Of a stretch of 47,097 bases of DNA, positions 32,874-43,053 are shown piece by piece. How positions within the stretch are numbered: position 1 is the first letter of the stretch; each line of letters starts with the position of its first letter. This DNA comes from Nitrososphaeraceae archaeon. GTDB taxonomy: Archaea > Thermoproteota > Nitrososphaeria > Nitrososphaerales > Nitrososphaeraceae. The stretch lies in assembly GCA_035250975.1 (NCBI GenBank), contig DATFEP010000035.1:1-47097 (forward strand), in the 5' to 3' direction. The translations under genes were made by a program, and so were the position numbers. The notes beneath the pieces are model-generated. The model did no database searches and was not told the origin of the DNA. It saw nothing but the letters and a program-made list of their open reading frames with translations.

Positions 32874-33050
32874 CTATTGTTTGTGTATTTTGTCACATAC
32901 CTTGTTTGTATTATCCTTACATTTTGGACTATGTCGCCAGCTTCCATTCATAAAGTATTCAAGGTGTTTATCTTTGTTATTATCAAATACAACTCGTGTT
33001 TCACCATTTTTTGATGATTTGAATTTACTAAAAATTTCTATTTTTTTCAT
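32874..33050 (-). CDS. 58-aa microprotein with H-x3-C-x7-C-x3-H motif (absent from the ORF track)
   Basis: MKKIEIFSKFKSSKNGETRVVFDNNKDKHLEYFMNGSWRHSPKCKDNTNKVCDKIHKQ; ATG start; divergent from the 33203 gene. Confidence 0.6.
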   Translation of the reverse strand: MKKIEIFSKFKSSKNGETRVVFDNNKDKHLEYFMNGSWRHSPKCKDNTNKVCDKIHKQ

Positions 33051-33202
33051 AATATTTTATTATTTAATGATAATAAGAACGTTGACAGCCAATTTTATTC
33101 TCTTTTCCTCGTTGTATAAATAAAGATTAACAATAATTTCGAATTTTGTAGAAATTTACTCTAAAAAAGGTCATATTATATATCCCTTATTCATAAAGAA
33201 TA

Positions 33203-33523
33203 ATGGTTATTTTGATACCAAATAATTATCCCATGAGAGAATGGCATGTAAAAAATATGGAAAAAACAGTTGTTAAATATTTGACAGGTCTTCCAGAAAA
33301 TGCTTCTCCATATCAGAAACGACTTTTCAAAAAATATGGTGGTTTTAATAAAGTGTGTAATCGTATTAAATACGATATAAAACATGGTGTAAAAAATGAG
33401 GAAATTGTTTTATTTTTAGAAAAAATAAAAACTGATTCAGATTTTTCTGATTTAAGAAAATTAGAAGGTTATCCAGATAGAATAAACGAGATAGAGACAA
33501 AGTTTAATGATATACATTTTTAA
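33203..33523 (+). CDS. Conserved hypothetical protein, paralog of 11422..11751
   Basis: Shared motifs with the 11422 protein; TATA-like TTATATAT at about 33176. Confidence 0.85.
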   Translation: MVILIPNNYPMREWHVKNMEKTVVKYLTGLPENASPYQKRLFKKYGGFNKVCNRIKYDIKHGVKNEEIVLFLEKIKTDSDFSDLRKLEGYPDRINEIETKFNDIHF

Positions 33524-33576
33524 CATGGTGATCGAATTCAAAATTAAAAATTTGAATACTATAAACGGTTTTTAAA

Positions 33577-33795
33577 ATGACATGTAAGGGTATATGCTTG
33601 CGACACAAAGCATTAAAACCTAAAAATGGTCAGCGTTACATATTAGGTCAAAAACGTTGTCAGATATGCAATATTTTCATTATGTGGCCTATTGCAACAT
33701 GTCCTTGTTGTGGAGGACGGTTAAGAACTAGACCACGAAATGGAAAGTACAAATCTATGTTAAATGAAAGTATAATACACAGTAGGATATTGTAA
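33577..33795 (+). CDS. Small Cys-rich Zn-ribbon protein of a type common in Nitrososphaeria
   Basis: MTCKGIC.RHKA...RY..GQKRCQIC...W....CPCCG.RLRT.PR. Confidence 0.85.
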   Translation: MTCKGICLRHKALKPKNGQRYILGQKRCQICNIFIMWPIATCPCCGGRLRTRPRNGKYKSMLNESIIHSRIL

Positions 33796-34185
33796 GCAGT
33801 AGTCTCTATAAATAATACCTTATCTACAATTTAAATTAACCAGGAAAGAATAAATCTGTTTTATCCGAAGACCTTTCAAAATCAATGATTAATCTTTATA
33901 TAATATTCTTCTAAATATAGTGTAATACAGTATGATGTTATCCTTAAAAATTTATCGAATTGGACAAATATGCGACATATGCAGAAAGTGTTATTTTCCT
34001 CTGTCTCTATATAAAATGCGATCATTGGTAAATATATTTACACCAAAAAACGGCAGATAAATATTATATAATAAAAAATAAAATATTATTAATTTTACAG
34101 TCAAATACATTATCTTCACAATTAAATTAATCATCAATCTGCAAGTTAAGGGCAATTACATCTTTTATAGAAAAACAAAAAAAGT

Positions 34186-34578
34186 GTGATATATATAATA
34201 ATTTGTACGGCGATAGAAACTATAACAGCCAAACTATGGCAAGAAAAAGTAACAGACTCTGTTCTCCCGGTGGTAGTTAACTTTAGTGCAGTTCGTTGTG
34301 GTTTTTGTCAAGCTTTAGAGCCATTGTATAATCGATTATCTGGACAATATAATGATAAGTTGGTATTTCTGAAGCTTATGGTAGACGATCAAAATAATCA
34401 GGAATTATTAGATAGGATATCGATTGAAGGTACACCTACGCTAAAGTTTTATTGTAAAAATAGAGAGATTGGCGAACATATTGGCTATGCAATAGAACCA
34501 GTATTAAAACAAAAGATAGAAACCTTTTTATCAGAAATGGAATTCTGCATTCAGAATAGTACAAAATTGGCCAAGTAA
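34186..34578 (+). CDS. Thioredoxin-fold protein with CGFC active site
   Basis: PVVVNFSAVRCGFCQALEP, cis-Pro loop GTPTL; start codon uncertain. Confidence 0.88.
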   Translation: MIYIIICTAIETITAKLWQEKVTDSVLPVVVNFSAVRCGFCQALEPLYNRLSGQYNDKLVFLKLMVDDQNNQELLDRISIEGTPTLKFYCKNREIGEHIGYAIEPVLKQKIETFLSEMEFCIQNSTKLAK

Positions 34579-35223
34579 TTATATTGTTGGTAAATTTAAA
34601 AGATGCTGTTAAGTTAAGACTAACTCATCCTATTTTCTATGTTTTGTATTTGACCTTGAATTAAAAAGACGACGAATGAATAACTAAACCAACTGTACTG
34701 TACTTATTATAGGTCACAGTTGAACCTATTATTTTAGTTTATATTGTTTGGACACCAAGGTAAATATGGATCTGTTACTTTATCATTCATCTGGAAAAAC
34801 ATTTTCTAGTTTTCTTTCTAAATGACAATTGCGTTATCTGCTACAACATTTTGAAAATAGTTTTAATTTCATTATCAAACTCAATTCAAAATTATTTATA
34901 TATTTAGAATGGGCAAGATCAAATAAATATTGATTACAATATGAATGTACATAAAAAATTACCCCTGCTAGTGTCATAATATCGCTAGAGTATAAAATAG
35001 ATTTCATATAATAATTGAAATAAACAATATTGACAATCAAATTTCTTGGGAAATAATGTATTTTATTCCATGCATTATGTATTTCTATTGGAAAATAATA
35101 CTTCCCAGAATTATTTGCATATGTGAATTTCAATAGTGATGTCATTTGCTTGTAACAATGATAAGTTTACAATTTTCTTAGTTAATATTATAAATAATTT
35201 TTACATGCTAAATCTAATTTAAA

Positions 35224-35688
35224 TTGGATGTAAAAGTGAGGTTTGCTACTTATTCAGATATAGATACAATATTGAAACTCCTCTGTGAACTTGGTAGGCC
35301 TTCTCCAAAAAACAATATACAAGAACAAAAATTTTCAGAATTTATTAGGTCATTTTTATCTATGGATACAAACAAAATATTGTTGGCAATAATACCTGAT
35401 CGAGATTTGAGTATTGACAGAATAATAGGATTGTTATCTTACATTCTGATACAAAGATTAAACCTAGAAAAACTAGAATTATGGATTCCAGAACTTGTAG
35501 TGAGTCATGAATATAGAGATAAAGGAATTGGTACAATACTATTAAACGAATGTGAATCTGTTGCTAAAAATAATAATTGTTATAGAATAAGACTCGAATC
35601 AGGAAACGATAGAATAGAAGCACATAACTTTTATAAGAAATTAGGATTTAAACAAAGCGCGTTCATGTTTGAAAAACGACTGGTTTAA
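35224..35688 (+). CDS. GNAT-family N-acetyltransferase
   Basis: LVV..EYRDKGIG, LES...R.EAH.FY.KLGF. Confidence 0.92.
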   Translation: MDVKVRFATYSDIDTILKLLCELGRPSPKNNIQEQKFSEFIRSFLSMDTNKILLAIIPDRDLSIDRIIGLLSYILIQRLNLEKLELWIPELVVSHEYRDKGIGTILLNECESVAKNNNCYRIRLESGNDRIEAHNFYKKLGFKQSAFMFEKRLV

Positions 35689-35820
35689 TGACTCTTCCAT
35701 TCTTCTACATGAATTGGTTTTTAACTTGCTCTTATTAACTCAATTTTTAAACTTCAAAAACATAAAGAATGTATAGTAATCAATCTATATCAAAAATCCT
35801 GATAATTAGCATTTTTTCAA

Positions 35821-35880
35821 TATCATATGTGACTAAAACTAAGTTCTTTGGATTCAGTCATGTAACGGCCATTTTTGCCT
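35821..35880. repeat. Composite repeat site 1 (left arm, degenerate core, right arm type Z)
   Basis: TATCATATGTGACTAAAA (17/18 to 44944), TGGATTCAGTC, GTAACGGCCATTTTTGCCT (18/19 to 41903). Confidence 0.7.
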
Positions 35881-36137
35881 ATAGTGTAACTGTCTTATCG
35901 CAAAGGTGGGTTTCGATTTGACTAATGTCATATATGGAAGTTTAACAAATTTCTGCTTATGGAACTATTATCTGAACGTTATCAATATTTTATTATGAAT
36001 ATGCCCTTAATAAATAGACAAAAGTAACATAATAATTTATCCCATATTTCATACGCTTCACGACTTATTCATTGTAATTTAAATTTTCTGCTCAATATAT
36101 TGATGTAGAAAAAGTAACTATAATTCTGTTTTATTTA

Positions 36138-37367
36138 TTATCTTTCTTTAATAATCTGAAACTGGTCATATACACGCTCCTCGTCATTATTCTCTATAAA
36201 CGAACCTTTTAATGTAATTCCGTTATTCTCTACAGAGATATTTAGTATTCCAAATTTGCCGTCTAATCCAAAAGCAGAAAAGGGTTTAATTTCTGACATC
36301 TTCATATCATGTGCTCCTCCTGTGCCGGCAGTTATAAAAATTGTTCCTTTTGGGTTTATGTAATATGAGGGATCATAATCCTCAACTATAGGTTCATAGC
36401 CATCATCATAATTAAAGCTAATTGGATATAATCTTTCATAGGCATGAAAGTGCCCTTGCAGAGCTAGATCTACCCTATATTTATCAAACAATGGATGATA
36501 TGTATCCCTAAAATCATCATCGTCTTCAGGACCGCCTCCAGAACTGTATGCTTGTCTATGATAAAATGCAACAATCCAGTCAATTGATCGATCTTTAGAA
36601 GACTCTTCAAGATCCTGAACTACAAATTCATATTGCTGTGATCCTTCTTCATATGGAATTTCTGTAGATAATGCTATGAAGTGAACAGTTTTATAATTAA
36701 AAGAATAGTACTGTTTCTCCAATCCAAAATATTGTATATAATCTCTCAAAGTTTTGGATGAATCATGTTCATGATTTCCTATTGCAATTTCAGTTTTGTC
36801 TGCTATTGGTTCAATTATATCCAGCCAACATTCTGCGTTACCATTATACGAAAGATCTCCCAGTGCCAGCACCACTTCTGGATCCTGTTCCAAAATGTTT
36901 TCTACAGTATCCTTAGTTTCAGATTTACAGTCCCAATCTCCTACAGCTACAAAATTGAAATCTGATTTATGGTCAGATTCTTCTTCTTTCGTTGATTTTG
37001 ATGTAAATGTAGATTCATCGTTATCTTCTTCTTTATTATCATGGGAAAGTCCTGTTTCTTCATATTCTTTTATTGACTGGATATCTTCTTCTACATTGTT
37101 GTTAGTATTTGAATCTAATTGTTTTTCAGAATCAGCATCTTCTATATAATCAGACGGATCAAATATATACTCAAACGATTTCTCTTCGTCATCTTCAACA
37201 TCCATCCCAACTGCAAAGGCATTTCTATTCTGAGCAAAAATTGAGTTGATTAAATTGTCTTCATGGTTTATATTTCTTTGAAGTAGACTATTACTAAATA
37301 ATATTAATGAGAAGAAAGCTATCACTGTAAGTAAATTAAGGTTAACATAATCAATACGAATCTTCAA
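36138..37367 (-). CDS. Secreted calcineurin-like metallophosphoesterase (purple acid phosphatase-like) with acidic linker
   Basis: GDW, GDLSY, GNHE, H.QAY, GHFHAYER, GTGG; N-terminal hydrophobic segment. Confidence 0.92.
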   Translation of the reverse strand: MKIRIDYVNLNLLTVIAFFSLILFSNSLLQRNINHEDNLINSIFAQNRNAFAVGMDVEDDEEKSFEYIFDPSDYIEDADSEKQLDSNTNNNVEEDIQSIKEYEETGLSHDNKEEDNDESTFTSKSTKEEESDHKSDFNFVAVGDWDCKSETKDTVENILEQDPEVVLALGDLSYNGNAECWLDIIEPIADKTEIAIGNHEHDSSKTLRDYIQYFGLEKQYYSFNYKTVHFIALSTEIPYEEGSQQYEFVVQDLEESSKDRSIDWIVAFYHRQAYSSGGGPEDDDDFRDTYHPLFDKYRVDLALQGHFHAYERLYPISFNYDDGYEPIVEDYDPSYYINPKGTIFITAGTGGAHDMKMSEIKPFSAFGLDGKFGILNISVENNGITLKGSFIENNDEERVYDQFQIIKER

Positions 37368-37678
37368 ATGACTAGAAATTTATCAAATTTGTTACTTTTA
37401 ATATTTTGTCTATTATCGAACAGTAGAAAGTATTGCACTCACTTAATTATTAATGTTACCTATAAAAAGATATAAACGAATTTGATAGAAAAGTCTTATA
37501 ATATTCTATTATATCAGAATAATAATAAATTATACATTTTAAAATTTACTTATTCAATTTCATATCTTAATTTTGAAATGTTTTTTATTCCAAACATGTT
37601 TCCAATTTCAAGGTTAATAACACTTGAAGATTCTGAAACTTCGATAAACAAAATTACCTAGCATTAGACAAATATGCG

Positions 37679-37905
37679 TTATCTTTTAATTAAATAGCAC
37701 CCACTTAATATTACTCCCATTGCAATAATTTGATAAATAATAATATTTTCATTTAAATACACTGTGGCAAATCCCAAAAATTGAAGATGTAGAAAATAAT
37801 AATATTGTTTTTATCGTTCCGATCCTTTTAAGGATACGAAGAAAAAAGAATAAGAATCTGCAATTCCCAATGATCCTGCTAATACTAAATATGGTACATG
37901 AATCT
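37679..37905 (-). pseudogene. 3' remnant of an EamA/DMT-family transporter gene with frameshifts
   Basis: Stitched frames: YLVLAGSLGIA...FFVSLK / IGTIKTILLFSTSSIFG / FATVYLNENIIIYQIIAMGVILSGCYLIKR*, the usual EamA C-terminal pattern; no 5' part. Confidence 0.65.
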
Positions 37906-37995
37906 TTATAAAAATGTGAGGAAGTAAAGGGAAAGTGAAGGAAAAGGCAAAGGTCAATTTATCGAAAATCGCCGTATAAAAATATACATATTTGT

Positions 37996-38087
37996 AATGG
38001 GCCGGGTCATTTGAGTTACAAATTTGTTACTAATCCATATTACAGAATGTAAATTGATATAATTAAATTAACAGCAGCATTTATAAT
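37996..38087. repeat. Composite repeat site 2 (core, right arm type W)
   Basis: 37996-38035 is 39/40 identical to 44974-45013; looser similarity continues for about 50 bp. Confidence 0.9.
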
Positions 38088-38425
38088 AATAATTAATTCT
38101 CTTGTACATAAGGATTGGAATCTTCGCCAATCAAATGTGGGTTCTACTTTCGGTTACTAAAATATTGGATTATAATATAAATACATTCGAGTAATCCAAG
38201 TTTATAATATAGTCATTATTGTTTATAGAATCTTATTTATACGTTATTTAATGATATTACTTAAACCAATAATACTATTATTACAAACTCCATTTCTTGT
38301 GAAATGAGATTAATTATCCAAAATCAACAAAACTATTGAAACAAATAAAAGATATAAAAATTAAGAATAAATTTATTACAAATAAAAGACAATCTTATAA
38401 GGTAAAAAGTCGTTTAAATATAATA

Positions 38426-38746
38426 ATGTCTAAATTTAAACTTCCATTAAAGAGGACGGATTTGAAAGAAGGCGAATTAGTAAAAGCTGAAGTGGGAGAT
38501 AAATCTATTGTGTTTGGAATGGTTAAAGGGACAATATATGCAATGGATTCAGTTTGTTCGCACCAAGGAGGACCACTCGAGGAGGGATGGTTAGACGATT
38601 ATGATCTTACATGTCCTTGGCATCAAGGAATTTTTGATATACGCACCGCTAAAGGTTCTCCTAAAACAAATTGGGTTACTGATCTTAACTCCTATTCTGT
38701 CATTGTTGATGAGAAAAGTGAAGAAATTTTTGTAGAAATAGATTAG
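38426..38746 (+). CDS. Rieske [2Fe-2S] ferredoxin (dioxygenase/NirD-type small subunit)
   Basis: CSHQGGPL and CPWH..FD; ATG at 38426. Confidence 0.93.
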   Translation: MSKFKLPLKRTDLKEGELVKAEVGDKSIVFGMVKGTIYAMDSVCSHQGGPLEEGWLDDYDLTCPWHQGIFDIRTAKGSPKTNWVTDLNSYSVIVDEKSEEIFVEID

Positions 38747-38783
38747 ATATTAAATAGTGATAATATGTTATCTCTACATCTTG

Positions 38784-38820
38784 TATGTTACCAAAACATT
38801 TCATCCGAATGGGCCGGGTC
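38784..38820. repeat. Composite repeat site 3 (left arm, exact core)
   Basis: TATGTTACCAAAACATTT followed by AATGGGCCGGGTC at 38808-38820. Confidence 0.85.
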
Positions 38821-39117
38821 TGACTCATTGTTTACAATATGAACCTAAATAAAAAATATCTATAATATATATATAGCTGGAGTAATAAAATTATAAATTT
38901 ATAATTTTATTTCTTCAAATATTGAAAAATTATATTATAACAATAGATAGATAGAAACTCAAGACTCTTACTCTTACTCTACAGTAGGCTATTAAATAGC
39001 ACCTAAATACACATAACGATAGACACCGATAAATTTTAATCCACTTAATAAAAAATGATATTTTTAGTGCCAAGACCATGCTATAGCATGCTCTCACTAT
39101 ATATTATATATGTTACC

Positions 39118-41622
39118 TTATTTAGATACTATCTTATTCACTATAGATACGTAATAATAACCAGGATTAACGCTATAAATCTGACCATTATGTTCTCCTG
39201 CTATTCTGGTAATATGAGTTCCAAGTATGATATTATTTGCAATAACTTCATTAGTAATACCATCTATTACACTAACGGTATTTTTTATCACTACGTATAA
39301 TAAATTATTCATAGTATCATAATATAAATGACGTGCAGGTTCATCGACCTCAATTGTTTTCACAACAGAGTTGTCTGTACAGTTGATGACGGAAATAGTG
39401 TTGTTATCACGGTTCCCAAGATAGAGGAGGTTTTTTGTTGGGTTGAAAGATAACGAGGCTACATATTCGCTTACTTTGATAGTGTCTGCAATAGAGTTGT
39501 CAGTAGTATTAATCACAGAAACAGTTTTATTGTTTAAGTTAGCAACGTAGAGGAGATTATCATTTGGGTTAAGAGCTAATTTTCTTGGGTTTTCGCCTAC
39601 TTTGATAGTGTCTGCAATAGAGTTGTCTGTAGAGTTGATGACAGTAATAGTTTTTTCATCATTATTAGCAACATAAAGATAATTGTTATTAGGGTTAAGA
39701 GCTAATGCTACTGGGGCTTTGCCCACTATGATTGTGTCTATAATAGAATTATCTGTAGAGTTGATAACGAAGGTAATGTTATCTTCTGTACTAATAACAT
39801 AAAGCATTTTGTTCTTCTGGTTAAATAATGCATCATAAGGATTATTCAGTTTAATTTTTTCTAACGATGAACCATCAATTGAATTTCTGATAGAGATCGA
39901 TTCTCCTACCTTGTGTGAAGTTAGTGTATAAACATGGTTATTTAGTGGATTGGATAAAATATCTATTACTCTTGTATAGGTAACCCATGTTTTTATAAGT
40001 GAATTATTAGTAGTATTTATTACAGATATAGTGTTGTTACCAGAGTTGGTAACGTAGAGAAGGTTGTTATTAGGGTTAAGAGCTAATTCTTTTGGGTTTT
40101 CGCCCACTGCGATTGTATCAATAACAGAGTTGTTTGTGGAGTTTATGACAGATATAGTGTTGTTACCAGAGTTGGTAACGTATAGAAGATTATAATTTTT
40201 ATTAAAACTCAGATCTGAGACCTTGTCTACGTTGATTATAGCTATAATAGAATTGTCAGTAGAGTTGATGACAGAAATACCAGCACCAGTCATATTAATC
40301 GAACTAACTATATAGAGGAGGTTGTTATTAGGGTCAAGAGCTAATTCTTTTGGGTTTTCGCCCACTGCGATTGTATCAATAACAGAGTTGTTTGTGGAGT
40401 TTATGACAGATATAGTGTTGTTACCAGAGTTGGTAACGTAGAGGAGGCCATTATTATTGTTTATTTCAATATCAGTCTTAGATTTATTATCTAATAATAG
40501 GGAATTTATAAGAGCGCCTGTAGAACTACTCTCGTCAATCTTATATTCATTAGCTGATTCCCTAGGCCAATCAACTGTATACATCAAACCTGTAATATTG
40601 TTAAATGTAATATTCATGATTTTACTATCAAGTTTGATATAATGTATATTATTATTAATAGGATTAATTATTTCAATAAGTTCTGGATCAGCTGAAGGAA
40701 CATAAAACTTCTCGTTAATTATTGCTATACCAGGAACCCTATCCATTAAGATGTCATATGTTTTACTCGAATTTATTAAATCAATCAAAGAAAACATATG
40801 GTCATCATCACTGGTGACATATAGTACATTTTTTGTCGGATCAATCTCTAATTCCGCAGGTTCAATGTGTATTTTCAATGTGTCTATAATGGTATTATCT
40901 GTGCAGTTGATGATAAATACAATATTACTATCTCTATGAGCAACATAAAGGAGATTATTGTTAGGGTTAATAGCTAATGCTACTGGATCATTACCTACTT
41001 TGATTGTATCTATAACTGAGTTTTTTGTGGCGTTGATGACAGAAACAGTGTTAGTGTTGTTTCCAGAGTTAGCAACATAGAGGAGGTTATTGAGCGGATT
41101 AAGAGATGGATCCACAGGAGACTGACCTACCTGTATTGTCTCAACGAGAGAATTGTTTGTGGAATTAATGACAGAAACAGTATTACCGTCATTATTAACA
41201 ACATAAAGGAGATTATTATTCGGGTTAATAACTAATGCTACTGGAAAATTACCTATTTTGATTGTGTCTATAACTGAGTTGTTTGTGGAGTTGATGACAG
41301 AAACATCATCATCATCAGAATTAACAACGTAGAGTAGGTTATTATTGGGATTATGGACTAATGCTAGTGGAAAATTACCTACTTTGATTGTATCAATAAC
41401 AGAGTTGTTTGTGGAGTTGATCACAGCAACAATACCTGTTATTTCCTCTGTTTCTGTATAACTCGCATATATATATCCGTTATTAGCATTTATTATAGAA
41501 TAAATCTCTTTTGAATTAGGAATTTTAATGTAATTTTCTAATACTGCAGATTCTGAGTCAGATAGAAAATTACTAATAAATAAAATAAAAAAAACAAAAT
41601 AAAAAAAATAGATGATATTCAC
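39118..41622 (-). CDS. YVTN/YncE-type beta-propeller repeat surface protein
   Basis: Signal peptide; many LYV.N...NTVSVIN.T.N.VI.TI.VG..P repeats; dense N-x-S/T sequons. Confidence 0.93.
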   Translation of the reverse strand: MNIIYFFYFVFFILFISNFLSDSESAVLENYIKIPNSKEIYSIINANNGYIYASYTETEEITGIVAVINSTNNSVIDTIKVGNFPLALVHNPNNNLLYVVNSDDDDVSVINSTNNSVIDTIKIGNFPVALVINPNNNLLYVVNNDGNTVSVINSTNNSLVETIQVGQSPVDPSLNPLNNLLYVANSGNNTNTVSVINATKNSVIDTIKVGNDPVALAINPNNNLLYVAHRDSNIVFIINCTDNTIIDTLKIHIEPAELEIDPTKNVLYVTSDDDHMFSLIDLINSSKTYDILMDRVPGIAIINEKFYVPSADPELIEIINPINNNIHYIKLDSKIMNITFNNITGLMYTVDWPRESANEYKIDESSSTGALINSLLLDNKSKTDIEINNNNGLLYVTNSGNNTISVINSTNNSVIDTIAVGENPKELALDPNNNLLYIVSSINMTGAGISVINSTDNSIIAIINVDKVSDLSFNKNYNLLYVTNSGNNTISVINSTNNSVIDTIAVGENPKELALNPNNNLLYVTNSGNNTISVINTTNNSLIKTWVTYTRVIDILSNPLNNHVYTLTSHKVGESISIRNSIDGSSLEKIKLNNPYDALFNQKNKMLYVISTEDNITFVINSTDNSIIDTIIVGKAPVALALNPNNNYLYVANNDEKTITVINSTDNSIADTIKVGENPRKLALNPNDNLLYVANLNNKTVSVINTTDNSIADTIKVSEYVASLSFNPTKNLLYLGNRDNNTISVINCTDNSVVKTIEVDEPARHLYYDTMNNLLYVVIKNTVSVIDGITNEVIANNIILGTHITRIAGEHNGQIYSVNPGYYYVSIVNKIVSK
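40061..40440. repeat. 122-bp intragenic direct repeat (40061-40182 and 40319-40440) with one mismatch
   Basis: Direct comparison; spacing 258 bp; a third partial copy lies at 40022-40056. Confidence 0.9.
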
Positions 41623-41869
41623 TAATTCAGATCAAATTGACTTAGTAATAAATAAGATCTTTTTTGATATCCTCATGCCAATTCACGTCTATAATGCATT
41701 CTGAATATTTTTCAATATATTTATGCTTATAGTCATAATTTTGAATCAAGGCAGATCAATATCAAAATATTCCTCTAATGTTAGAAATTCATATTATGCC
41801 TCAAGCTATCGATATTATTCTATTTCTTATTACATTATCATGATAATAATTATTTATTACTCATTCTTA

Positions 41870-41921
41870 TTACCAGAGTATTTATAAAATGGCTCGGGTC
41901 GGGTAACGGCCATTTTAGCCT
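41870..41921. repeat. Composite repeat site 4 (left arm, variant core, right arm type Z)
   Basis: TTACCAGAGTATTT, AATGGCTCGGGTC (41888-41900), GTAACGGCCATTTTAGCCT; perfect inverted repeat TAAAATGGC/GCCATTTTA. Confidence 0.8.
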
Positions 41922-42144
41922 GTAATCCGAAAATTTGTATGAATCATCGAATCAATTAATTTTATTATAATTCCAATATTTAGTTTATTGTGTTCAACTG
42001 TCAATTAACAGATAAGTTTAACTGTACTGGGGTGATTTTGTTGTTAATGTTAAGATTTGAATCAAAGAAAACAAATTTTTACATATTTCTTAACAAGTAT
42101 AATGTCAATGAATCTGTTATAGTAGGAGGTTTCCAATTCTAGTT

Positions 42145-43053
42145 ATGCAACATATCTTTAAGGGAATGTGGGGATCACACGGTGCCGGCGACGGTGAATT
42201 TGACAGACCACATGACATTGCTGTTGATTCTGATGGAAATGTGTATGTAGCTGATTCGAATAATCATCGAATTCAAAAATTTACCAGTACAGGAACGTTT
42301 CTTGACAAGTGGGGAGAAAAAGGTAATGCTGAAGGTGAATTCTTATTCCCCATTCATATTGCTGTTGATTCCAACAATGATATTTACGTCACAGAGGAAC
42401 CTTCAGGTCTTACTCATGATCCTGAACCGATTCGCACACGTATACAAAAGTTTACACGTACAGGTGATTTCATTACACAGTGGGGAGAATTTGGTTTTGG
42501 TGACGGTCAATTTTTTCGACCTCATGGCATTGCTGTAGAGTCTGATGACGATATATTAATCGTAGATTCTCAAAATTTCAGAATTCAAAAATTTAACAAC
42601 GATAGACAATTCATTACAAAATGGGGAAGATATCAACCTGGTGATGATAGGCATTGGCATCTTGGATCTCCTATTGACGTTGCTGTTGACTCAAATGATC
42701 ACAAATATGTTACTGATGGTCTGCATCACCTTGTAAAAAAGTTTGGTCGTGTTCGTAATTTCATTAGACAATGGGGAACGCACGGTACTGGTGATGCTCA
42801 GTTCGATCATCCGGAGGGAATAGCAACATTTTCTGGAAATTCTCTACTGGTTGTAGATTCTTTGAATCATCGCATACAAGAGTTTTCCAGAAATGGTGTT
42901 TTCATTACTAAATGGGGTTCACGCGGAACTCAACCAAGTCAATTTATCACTCCAACTGGTGTAGCTATAAACCAAATCGATGATATGCATTACATATCTG
43001 ACACTGGCAACCATCGAATCCAGAGATTTCATCCTGACCAGGGGGTTCCCTAG
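42145..43053 (+). CDS. NHL-repeat six-bladed beta-propeller protein
   Basis: Repeats F..P.GIAVD.....YV.D..NHRIQKF...G.F...WG; AGGAGG upstream; no signal peptide. Confidence 0.93.
   Translation: MQHIFKGMWGSHGAGDGEFDRPHDIAVDSDGNVYVADSNNHRIQKFTSTGTFLDKWGEKGNAEGEFLFPIHIAVDSNNDIYVTEEPSGLTHDPEPIRTRIQKFTRTGDFITQWGEFGFGDGQFFRPHGIAVESDDDILIVDSQNFRIQKFNNDRQFITKWGRYQPGDDRHWHLGSPIDVAVDSNDHKYVTDGLHHLVKKFGRVRNFIRQWGTHGTGDAQFDHPEGIATFSGNSLLVVDSLNHRIQEFSRNGVFITKWGSRGTQPSQFITPTGVAINQIDDMHYISDTGNHRIQRFHPDQGVP

Noticed and set aside
34834-35145. 103-aa minus-strand ORF
   Set aside because: Tyr/Asn/Ile-rich composition typical of spurious AT-rich ORFs; cannot be excluded but is unsupported
38963-38980. (ACTCTT)x3 microsatellite
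   Set aside because: Too short to suggest phase variation; intergenic between convergent genes
43048-43053. The first NHL gene also ends in CCC-stop
   Set aside because: The propeller is complete and the +1 frame gives only a short meaningless extension
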